A DNA stretch of 64,000 nucleotides from Granulicella sp. (lineage in GTDB: Bacteria; Acidobacteriota; Terriglobia; Terriglobales; Acidobacteriaceae), in contig DAHWNL010000021.1 in assembly GCA_027339965.1 (NCBI GenBank), positions 1 to 64,000 on the forward strand, written 5' to 3'. This document shows, in pieces, positions 33,369-41,019 of the stretch (position 1 is its first letter; each line of letters starts with the position of its first letter). The notes under the pieces were generated by a model. The model had not been told where the DNA came from, searched no databases, and worked only from the letters and a program-made list of their open reading frames with translations. Position numbers and translations under genes: made by a program.

Positions 33369-33650
33369 ATCCGTGGAGACGTGTGCGCCTCCCTCCCAGG
33401 TTACATAGTAAGGATGATATTCCTCACGCCAAAGTTGCAAGCGCGGTTGCAGAAAATGGCGGTTCGCGCACGGCCCACAGCCGGGCGCTTTGGCCCGGAC
33501 CAGCGCCACGGATGGTGCAGGCAGGGCTCCTGTAGCTGCGGGAGGGCCGGCCTGAGACGACTGCCGCTGGGGTTATAGTTGCCGCCGGCAGTCTTCCGGC
33601 CCGGCAGGCCGTTGGTATGGGCGCTCTGAGCCGCCCCAACCGACGACTGT

Positions 33651-34778
33651 CTAACTGGATGCCGGGCGAGCCGGGGTGTTGCTTTCCCCCGGGTCAGGGT
33701 CGGGCGCTTTCGATCTGCCGCGAAGGTCGCCGATCAGGCCGTCGCGGGCGAGGGCCTGGGATGGGACGGAATCCTTCTGGACGATGTACTCATCCAGGAA
33801 GACGGCGACCAGAGCGGCGGTGGGGACGGCCACCATGGCGCCGACCACGCCGGCCAGGGCGGTTCCGGCCAGCAGCGAGATCAGCACCGAAAGCCCCATC
33901 AGATGCACGCGGCTGCGCATGATGCGAGGGGTGAGGAAGCCGCTCTCGATCTGTACATAAATCAGATAAAAGATGAGCACGCCGGCCATCTTGGTCCAGG
34001 AGTCCATGGCGGCGACGCCGGCGGCCAGCAGGACGGTGATGATGCCGCCAGCCACCGGGATGATGTTGAACAGGCCCATCAGCACGCCGAGCAGGAAGAA
34101 GTAGCGCACATGAAGCGCGGCGAAGACGACGGTGCTGGTGATGCCGAGGATGAACATGAGGGAGATCTGGCCGATGAACCAGCGGCTCATGCGAACCTCG
34201 GCAACCTCTAGCGTTCGGGCCAGGCGCTGCCTGGAGTCAATAGCCAAAAAGGAGAGCAGGTAGGAGTACAGGAACTCGCCCTCCAGCATGAAGTAGACGC
34301 ACAGGATGATGGCGGTGAAGAGATCGAAGACGCGTGAGAGCCAGAGCGGCGCTGAGGCTAGAAGGTATTGGGCGGTAGACGCGGCGGCGCTCTCGCCCTG
34401 TTCGGCGATGGAGTCAAAGCCCAGCTTGTCGGCCAGGGGAAGGCTCTTCACCTTGTCCAGAATACGGGGAATGCGCCGGGGAAGATCCGCGCCGAAGAGC
34501 CTGATGTCGCGCAGAACGGGCGGCAGGGCGACAACCAGCAGCAGTGCAACGGCCAGGGAGGCCGAGAGCACCAGGGCAACGATGGCCAAGGGCCGCGATG
34601 GAGACCAGCGGCCGATGCGCAGGTCCATAATGTTCTGCACCATGGGCATCATCACAACGGCGAAGAGGGCGCTGACGTAGACCAGTTCCAGCACCGAGCG
34701 CAGTCGCCAGGCGAGAACCAGACTTAGCGCGACCGCAAAGGCGAAGAGGATGGAGCCCTGAGCCGACGAAGAGCGCAG
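33651..34778 (-). CDS. AI-2E family transporter
   Basis: Multiple TM segments; 'IIPVAG', 'YVQIESGFLTPRIM', 'GVVGAMVAVP'. The frame stays open with a TM helix upstream of 34694; start possibly CTG 34778. Confidence 0.88.
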   Translation of the reverse strand: MRSSSAQGSILFAFAVALSLVLAWRLRSVLELVYVSALFAVVMMPMVQNIMDLRIGRWSPSRPLAIVALVLSASLAVALLLVVALPPVLRDIRLFGADLPRRIPRILDKVKSLPLADKLGFDSIAEQGESAAASTAQYLLASAPLWLSRVFDLFTAIILCVYFMLEGEFLYSYLLSFLAIDSRQRLARTLEVAEVRMSRWFIGQISLMFILGITSTVVFAALHVRYFFLLGVLMGLFNIIPVAGGIITVLLAAGVAAMDSWTKMAGVLIFYLIYVQIESGFLTPRIMRSRVHLMGLSVLISLLAGTALAGVVGAMVAVPTAALVAVFLDEYIVQKDSVPSQALARDGLIGDLRGRSKAPDPDPGESNTPARPASS

Positions 34779-35125
34779 TGCGCCCCTCTCCCCCGGTCCG
34801 GGAACTTCGGTTTGGCTGGGCGGAAGGGGCAGCGGGCACGCTCCTGTGGGCTTCCAGAGCCGTTGCCTGGGATGGGCCGTCCCAAGCGGGTAGGTTCAAG
34901 GCGTCATTCCAGAGGAAGGCGCCCGGGGAGGTAAGGCTCGGCCATACGCGGCGAGGAAGACTGCTTTCTATAGAGATGCTCTCACCGGACACGCTCGGGG
35001 GCAAATCGGCTGGCTGGAGTTGGAGGCGAACGGTGGCGTCTGAGATAAGCCAGAAGGCGGCGGGCTGACGGGGTCCGGAACGGAGGCTGCCGTGGGGCAG
35101 CTATTCCGATTCCTCACGAGGGTGT

Positions 35126-35926
35126 TCAGCGAGTTCGGCGTGGCGGAACAAGCTTGATCTGGAAGATGGTGGGCCACTCCTTGCCGGTGACGAAAAGGCG
35201 ATCGTGCTGGGGATCGTAGGCGATGCCGTTCAGAACGGCCTCGGCGTCCAGCCGTTCCACCGAGGGAAGGATGCCGGTGAGGTCGATCCAGGAGAGGACG
35301 CGGCCGTTGCTGGGAGAGATGCGGGCGATGCGGTTGCTGTGCCAGACGTTGGCGTAGATCTGGCCGTGAATGTACTCCAGCTCATTCAATTCGGTTACGG
35401 GCTCTCCCTGGTCGGTGACCAGCAGGCTGCGGACGGTGTGGAAGTCTCTGGGGTCGCGGAAGCGCAGGGTGGCCGAACCATCGGAGGTGATGATGTTAGT
35501 TGCATCGCGGGTCATGCCCCATCCTTCGCCGCTGTAGTGAAAGGTGGCGATCCGGCGCAGGGTGGCGCGGTTGTAAACGAAACCAATGTGCGACTGCCAG
35601 GTCCACTCATACAGGTTTGGGCCCCAGTTGATGATGCCTTCTCCGAAGTACTCCGGGGGAAGCTCAACATGCTGCAGGACGCGCCCGGTAGCCGGGTCTG
35701 TCACCAGCACCTGGGAGTGTCCCTTGAGCCCGGTGCCCTCATAGAACTTGCCGTTGAGATAGAAGAAGCCCTCCGTGTAGGAGGAGGTGGAGTGAGGAAA
35801 GGTGGCGACAACGGTGTAGCCATAGACGGGGGTGGGGCTCTGGGCCTTGCTGCAGGCGGTAGCCAATGAGACAGGAAGCAGAAGGAAAGAGACCAGCAGA
35901 AGGTTGGCGAGCGGGGTACGACGCAT
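35126..35926 (-). CDS. Glutaminyl-peptide cyclotransferase (lipoprotein)
   Basis: 'PH...YTEG', 'YFGEGI', 'GEGWG', 'SDGS', 'LNELEYI', 'VLNGIAY', 'VTGKEWP'; lipobox LATAC. Confidence 0.93.
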   Translation of the reverse strand: MRRTPLANLLLVSFLLLPVSLATACSKAQSPTPVYGYTVVATFPHSTSSYTEGFFYLNGKFYEGTGLKGHSQVLVTDPATGRVLQHVELPPEYFGEGIINWGPNLYEWTWQSHIGFVYNRATLRRIATFHYSGEGWGMTRDATNIITSDGSATLRFRDPRDFHTVRSLLVTDQGEPVTELNELEYIHGQIYANVWHSNRIARISPSNGRVLSWIDLTGILPSVERLDAEAVLNGIAYDPQHDRLFVTGKEWPTIFQIKLVPPRRTR

Positions 35927-36137
35927 GATCTCAAGGATAACCTGTGCCCTCCGCAGCACGCAGGAGCCCTGGAGAAGCAGCCCGAGGGCGCAGGATCGCA
36001 CGCGAATCCAACCCTTGCCGGATGCTGGGCACGGGCCAGCCGCGGGCGTCCTGATAGAAAGACGCCCATGGCGGCAGGGCCGTCGTGTGCTCGCCGTGGG
36101 GCGCGTGCTCGGCACCGAGGGCGGCTCAGCAAGAGCC

Positions 36138-36845
36138 CTAGTGACCGGTAGCCGGCGCGGCGCTGCGCAATGTTGCCAGGATCGCTTCCGCTGTGTCGGC
36201 GGGCGTTCGTTTCTCGGTTTCGATGCAGTGCGTGGCGATGCGCTGGTAATGAGGGTGGCGGTGGTGAAAGCGGCGCTCGGCCAGATTGAGGTCGGCGAGA
36301 TTGGGGCGGGCTGTGGCGGAGGGGTCCGCGGCCTGCGCCGCGCAACGGGCGACGAGAATCTCAAAGGAAGCAGAGAGATAGATCACGACGGTGTGGGGCG
36401 TCTGTTCCAGCAGCAGACGGTTGCCGAGCTCTTCGGGAGCTCCGCCGCCCAGGGCGATTACCACCTGCCGCTGGCCGAGCAAGGAGGCCAGGGCCGCGGA
36501 CTCGAGATGGCGGAAGTGGGCCTCGCCGTCTTCGGAGAAGATCTGCGGGACGGACCGGTGCTGGCGCATTTCAATCTCGTGGTCGAGATCCAGGAACCGC
36601 CAGCCCAGATGCTCAGCCAGCAGCCTGCCGGTCGAAGTTTTGCCGGATCCCATAAAGCCTGTGAGAACGATGCGGTCGATGCCGCGCAGGGTTTGGATGG
36701 CAGAGTCCGGGTGAGGTGGAAGACTACATGGGGTGGGGCCTTCGGCCCGGGAGCGATCGGATGGAGTGGGTTTGCCGAGGCTGGAGTCTTTGGGCATGGA
36801 GTGGGTGGCGGGGTGGGTAGGTTCGGTCAGGGTTGCTGTACTCAT
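36138..36845 (-). CDS. aroK: Shikimate kinase
   Basis: 'IVLTGFMGSGKTSTGRLLA', 'DLD.EIE', 'GEAHFR.LE', 'ALGGG', 'RP'; RBS GGAG. Confidence 0.93.
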   Translation of the reverse strand: MSTATLTEPTHPATHSMPKDSSLGKPTPSDRSRAEGPTPCSLPPHPDSAIQTLRGIDRIVLTGFMGSGKTSTGRLLAEHLGWRFLDLDHEIEMRQHRSVPQIFSEDGEAHFRHLESAALASLLGQRQVVIALGGGAPEELGNRLLLEQTPHTVVIYLSASFEILVARCAAQAADPSATARPNLADLNLAERRFHHRHPHYQRIATHCIETEKRTPADTAEAILATLRSAAPATGH

Positions 36846-36893
36846 TTTCGTCTCCGGAGTTGCTTGCAGGGGAAGCAAAGTTGGTTTTGCTGC

Positions 36894-36926
36894 AAAAGAA
36901 AACCGCAGACCCTGTGGGCTGCGGCT
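36894..36926 (-). terminator. Attenuator terminator upstream of aroK
   Basis: Minus strand AGCCGCAGCCC-ACA-GGGTCTGCGG followed by TTTTCTTTT, 49 nt before the aroK start. Confidence 0.8.
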
Positions 36927-36955
36927 CGGTGACTAGCTGTTGATCTCTGGGTGAA

Positions 36956-37039
36956 TCAGGAAATCTCACAACGCCGCCGGGCCGCTGGTGGATACCAGTA
37001 GCAGTAGCTAAATCGGCCGGTGGTGGGGCTGAAGCTCAT
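36956..37039 (-). CDS. Aromatic-rich leader peptide MSFSPTTGRFSYCYWYPPAARRRCEIS
   Basis: 27 codons; cluster TTT-AGC-TAC-TGC-TAC-TGG-TAT; lies between the promoter and terminator preceding aroK. Confidence 0.8.
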   Translation of the reverse strand: MSFSPTTGRFSYCYWYPPAARRRCEIS

Positions 37040-37047
37040 TGTGCATG

Positions 37048-37076
37048 ATGCTAGCGCAAAGCCGGAGATGTGGCAA
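37048..37076 (-). promoter_or_regulatory. sigma70 promoter of the aroK leader
   Basis: TTGCCA-N17-TAGCAT, with the leader ATG 8 nt after the -10 box. Confidence 0.7.
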
Positions 37077-37093
37077 GTGCGCCGGCCACCGTG

Positions 37094-37194
37094 TGTTCGT
37101 AGCAAGTGAAAATGTCCGGTTTTCTTAGCACATGAAGTGTCCGGTTTTGTTTTCTGAACCCGCCGCCGTGTCGTTAGCACATGAAATGTCCGGT
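37094..37194 (-). mobile_element. Orphan IS end (IS481/IS1202-like) with three transposase-binding-like repeats
   Basis: 5'-TGT terminus followed by TAGCAAGTGAAAATGTCCGGT, TAGCACATGAAGTGTCCGGT and TAGCACATGAAATGTCCGGT; no transposase nearby. Confidence 0.7.
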
Positions 37195-37481
37195 GGAAAC
37201 AGGAAGGGTGAGGGCTCATCACCCGCCGGGCAAATCCTCGCCCTGGTCCACCGGCTTCCATGCCCACGGCCGGAGTTCACGAGGCAGGCGGGGATGCCCG
37301 GGGCCCAAAACCAGAGGCGGGAGGTTGAGAGGCCGGTCGCGCGGAGCCTACGTACCGATGGCGGTCCGGCAGCACTTTTTGAGAGAGTGCATGCCGGGGC
37401 GGGTGGTCAGCAGTCTCTGGTCCCGTACCTTGTCCTCCCAGCTCTTTTGCCAAAGAGAAGACGGAACCCTGGAATTCAGGC

Positions 37482-37994
37482 TTATCCCACTTTCTGGGCC
37501 TCAGGGGACATCTTGCAGTTTTGCGCATGCGCATGCGCTTCTTGTATCTGTTTCGATGGCCACTCGATCTTTCCTGGAGTGTAGCTTGCGTCGCGGACTG
37601 CATCCCGCAACAGTTCATCTGTTACATAGGCCCCAGGCTTGAGCGTCAGAATTGCTTCTCCCCGCCTCAGGTTGAACTGAACGCTGGCCACCCCAGGAAC
37701 GGTCTTCAGACGGTGAATGATGCCGAAGGAGGTGAACGGGATGGCTACGCCGAAAACCTGAACCTTGACAACGCCGCCCATGGCCATTGCCTGAGGTTGC
37801 CGGAGCGTTGCAGCGCTGGATTTTGACGCAGAAGCATTCGACACGGGCACATAGGCACAGCCGGCTTCCGGCGTGGCCGCTCTGCGCGGCTTCGCGTAGG
37901 CTGTGGCGCAGGCTGAGAATGCGGTTACGACAAGCAGGGCTGTAGCATAGGCAGTAGACTTCCTTGCCGCGGTGAGACTCACTACAAAAGACAT
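37482..37994 (-). CDS. Secreted heavy-metal-associated (HMA)-fold protein lacking the CxxC motif
   Basis: 'VKVQVFGVAIPFTSFGIIHRLKTVPGVASVQFNLRRGEAILTL...LRDAVRDASYTP' follows the HMA pattern; signal-peptide-like N-terminus. Confidence 0.7.
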   Translation of the reverse strand: MSFVVSLTAARKSTAYATALLVVTAFSACATAYAKPRRAATPEAGCAYVPVSNASASKSSAATLRQPQAMAMGGVVKVQVFGVAIPFTSFGIIHRLKTVPGVASVQFNLRRGEAILTLKPGAYVTDELLRDAVRDASYTPGKIEWPSKQIQEAHAHAQNCKMSPEAQKVG

Positions 37995-38067
37995 CCAAGC
38001 ACCTCGCTTCTTGAATTGTGACTCCAAACTCTCTCGAACCTGTGCGCAGTGGGATAACATCTTCGGC

Positions 38068-39108
38068 TCATAGATGGTGTCGGGTGAACCAGACATGGCG
38101 ATAGACCAAAAGCACCCCCATGTTGCGCTCAGAGCCCCCCGCCGGTACGCTCTGGTAACCGGGGACCTCCGCAACCACGGCAAAGCCCCAGTTTTTTCCA
38201 ACGAAGCGGATACCTGGATCGAACTGCAGCAAGGTGCTTCCTGTGCTCACGACCGGATTCATGCCCACAAGGCCATCGCCCTGCATGGGGTTGAATGTGT
38301 CCTGATACAGCGGTTCCAAATCCGGATCTTCTGGCCGCAGGCTCCGTTCTTGGGGCTCCGGCGCGGAGACCAAGGCTGAGGAGCCGGAGGACGAGGAGAG
38401 GGAGGGGGACTCAGAGTCCTTCTCGCTGACGATGAAGTTGGTCTCGAGCAAGAGGTACGTCTCCACGTTCGGAACTCCGGTGTCTCCCAATTTTGGAGCG
38501 ATCCGACGCTGCAAGCTGTCATCGGCGAAATATTCGTTGCCGATATGGTATCCACCTGACACGGTGTGGTGAACAAATCCGCCATAGCCGTCAATTTCAG
38601 CATTCAACGTCTGCCGGGTAAAGATGAGTCCGTTCTTCGTCGCCCAGGCCCCGGAGCCCGGCTGTAGGACTTCGGGAAGGCGGCCGTAGGCGTTGGAGTC
38701 GTTATGTGGACCCACCGGAATCAGAGCCCCAGCGATCGCCGATAGCCGATTGGTGGTGCCAATTCCATCCTGCTCCCAAAACGTATACCTAGGCAGAAAA
38801 CTGATGTCGCCAGGGCCCCAACTGTGCTCTACATGATAGACAGGGGTCGGCGAGCCGATCTGGTTATATTGAAAGGGCGTCTCCTCAACAATGAAGGTGA
38901 TTTTGCTGCTCAGTCCGTACAAGCCTACCGTCTCCGCGATGGCTTCCCGCCGCAGATCGGTTCCGGTAAGAATGAAAGGCTGTATGCGGAAGACCATATC
39001 TCCGGCTGAGATGGGAGACGCCGCGGGAAAAGTCATAGGAGCAGCCCAGACTTCAGGAGCCGCGCAGGTAGACAAAAGAATGAAGAGGAACAAAACCAAA
39101 AAGAGCAT
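38068..39108 (-). CDS. Putative outer-membrane beta-barrel 'transporter' (MetA-pathway/Phenol_MetA_deg-like)
   Basis: Signal peptide; 'GPGDISFLPRYTFWEQD', 'IPVG', 'LQPGSGAW', 'STGSTLLQFDPGIRF'; amphipathic strands. Confidence 0.65.
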   Translation of the reverse strand: MLFLVLFLFILLSTCAAPEVWAAPMTFPAASPISAGDMVFRIQPFILTGTDLRREAIAETVGLYGLSSKITFIVEETPFQYNQIGSPTPVYHVEHSWGPGDISFLPRYTFWEQDGIGTTNRLSAIAGALIPVGPHNDSNAYGRLPEVLQPGSGAWATKNGLIFTRQTLNAEIDGYGGFVHHTVSGGYHIGNEYFADDSLQRRIAPKLGDTGVPNVETYLLLETNFIVSEKDSESPSLSSSSGSSALVSAPEPQERSLRPEDPDLEPLYQDTFNPMQGDGLVGMNPVVSTGSTLLQFDPGIRFVGKNWGFAVVAEVPGYQSVPAGGSERNMGVLLVYRHVWFTRHHL

Positions 39109-39282
39109 TTGTGGCTGAACTCCAGTCAAGTGGGTTGCTATCGGACGATCAAAACCATTGAGCGTGAATGAAAAGCCTCTTTTTCTCGAACGGACCTGGG
39201 AGCATTCGGCTTCCGGTCACCGAACGCGCCGTCACAACGGTGACAGGGGCTACGAAGGCGCTTGAGCAAGCCAGCGTCGCAA

Positions 39283-40188
39283 TCAAAGCCAATCTTCGTT
39301 CCGGGCAACGGCGGGTGAAAAGGACGAGCGACGGGACGTTGAGAGATTGGCCTTCCCTTCGCAATTGAGCGGTTCGGCCGTTGGGCTGGAGGCGCCGGCG
39401 TTTGGCGCGGCTTGCAACAAGGCCGTGCTGCCGGCGTAGAGCTTGACGGTGAAGTACTTTGAGTCAAGCTCCACAGTTCCGCGGTTGTTTCTACCAGTGT
39501 GCGTGAGCGATGTCATATCAAAGCCATAAAGGCCACAGGCGCTGCCGGCGTAAATGCCGACGGACTGCACCGTCGCGGTTCCATTGCAGCGCAGGAGAGC
39601 ATGCCCGCTGATAGTTTCTGCCGACCGTAATCGTTCGAAGACTCCGTTTCTGAAGTCTTTGCCCACAACGTCCATTCCTTCATCTTCTGAGACCGAGGAG
39701 TAGACGTTTTGGCTGGAGTTCAATATCTGATCTCCACCAATCAGCACACGCTCATTCGATAAGTCCATATACGTAGGAGTTATTGGATAGCTGGCTTCGG
39801 ACGTCTCCATGGAACCCGCGAGCGCCCGGACGTACAGCCGGGAAGCGATCACTCCTTGACGGGTGACAATGTCATCAAGCCGGAACTCTAGCACCGACGC
39901 GCTAACGCCCGGGCGTACCGGCTGTGCCTTGACCACATGGCCCAGAACATAGGATCCCTTGGGTAGATCGTGGCCGTGGCCAAGGTAAACCACCTGCATC
40001 GTCCTGGCCTCGATCAAATCGCCCACCTTGGCTTTGTCGGCCCTGATAGCGTGCACGAATTCTATCGGGATGGCAGTGTCGGGGGGCAGTTTCCAGTCAA
40101 GCGTGCTGGTTGTTGCGCCGGCCCTTGCGCCGAACAGAGCCGTCGAGGCTATCACCAGTTCCAGGAATCTTGTTGCGCACTTCGTCAT
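39283..40188 (-). CDS. Secreted hypothetical protein (TrbI/VirB10-like N-terminal beta domain)
   Basis: RBS AGGAGGT; signal peptide; 'LPPDTAIPIEF.HAIRADKAKVGD...LPKGS.VLGHV'. Confidence 0.7.
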   Translation of the reverse strand: MTKCATRFLELVIASTALFGARAGATTSTLDWKLPPDTAIPIEFVHAIRADKAKVGDLIEARTMQVVYLGHGHDLPKGSYVLGHVVKAQPVRPGVSASVLEFRLDDIVTRQGVIASRLYVRALAGSMETSEASYPITPTYMDLSNERVLIGGDQILNSSQNVYSSVSEDEGMDVVGKDFRNGVFERLRSAETISGHALLRCNGTATVQSVGIYAGSACGLYGFDMTSLTHTGRNNRGTVELDSKYFTVKLYAGSTALLQAAPNAGASSPTAEPLNCEGKANLSTSRRSSFSPAVARNEDWL

Positions 40189-40239
40189 GCTCCACCTCCT
40201 TTACTTCTTGAGTGAAGCACGCGATCGCTGCAACAGCTC

Positions 40240-40259
40240 CTTACGTTTTTCTTACATTT
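40240..40259. promoter_or_regulatory. OmpR/PhoB-type tandem direct-repeat box
   Basis: CTTAC-N6-CTTAC (11-bp period) in the divergent intergenic region next to an OmpR-family regulator. Confidence 0.55.
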
Positions 40260-40335
40260 GATTTGAACGGCATCTATCCGTCGCGCTGAGTTGTATTCTC
40301 AAGGTGATGAGTTGGCCATCGGATAGCGAGCCTCC

Positions 40336-41019
40336 ATGCGGTTGTTGATCGTCGAAGATGAGGAAAAGCTTGCAGCCATCGTCGCCCAGGGGCTAGAACA
40401 ACAAGGCTTTGTTGCGGAGGTTGTGCCCAACGGCGATGAGGCGGCGGCGCGGCTTGAAAGACAAGCCTATTCGTTGGTGTTGCTCGATCTTATGCTGCCC
40501 CGAAGGAGCGGAATTGAATTGTTACGTTGGCTCCGCGAAAGAGGCGAGACCTGCCCCGTGTTGATACTCACCTCTCGCGATGGAGTGGAAGATCGCGTCC
40601 GGGGTTTGGATGCGGGAGCGGACGATTATCTCGTAAAGCCTTTTGCATTGTCCGAGCTGCTAGCCCGCGTTCGAGCGCTGTTGCGGCGCTCGGAGCAAAG
40701 GCTGCCCGTGCGGGCGGAGGTAGCGGACCTTCGTCTTGACCTCCAGACGCGCCGAGCGTTTCGGGGAATCAAAGAGCTGGCGTTGACGCCGCGGGAGTTT
40801 GAGCTGCTCGAATATCTTCTTCAGCATAGCCCGGCTGTGGTCTCCCGTGAGATGCTGGCGCGAGATGTCTGGAGAGAGACATCGCGATTTACTCCAATCC
40901 ACAACGTAATCGATGTGCAAATTGCGCGCTTGAGGCGGAAGGTAGACGACCCCTTTGATCGTCGTCTCTTGCAGACGGTGCGCGGCGTCGGGTTCGCTCT
41001 GCGAGAGGAGATAGAGTGA
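40336..41019 (+). CDS. OmpR-family response regulator (CusR/CzcR-like)
   Basis: 'LLIVEDE', 'LDLMLP', 'GLDAGADDYLVKPF'; winged helix 'NVIDVQIARLRRKVDDPF...TVRGVGF'. Confidence 0.93.
   Translation: MRLLIVEDEEKLAAIVAQGLEQQGFVAEVVPNGDEAAARLERQAYSLVLLDLMLPRRSGIELLRWLRERGETCPVLILTSRDGVEDRVRGLDAGADDYLVKPFALSELLARVRALLRRSEQRLPVRAEVADLRLDLQTRRAFRGIKELALTPREFELLEYLLQHSPAVVSREMLARDVWRETSRFTPIHNVIDVQIARLRRKVDDPFDRRLLQTVRGVGFALREEIE

Noticed and set aside
37094..37194. Three ~20-bp direct repeats as a possible mini-CRISPR array
   Set aside because: Irregular spacers (5 and 29 bp), non-palindromic repeat, no cas genes; they fit IS-end binding sites better.
36956..37267. 103-aa ORF upstream of aroK
   Set aside because: It runs through the IS-end repeats and the promoter; only the last 27 codons have promoter support.
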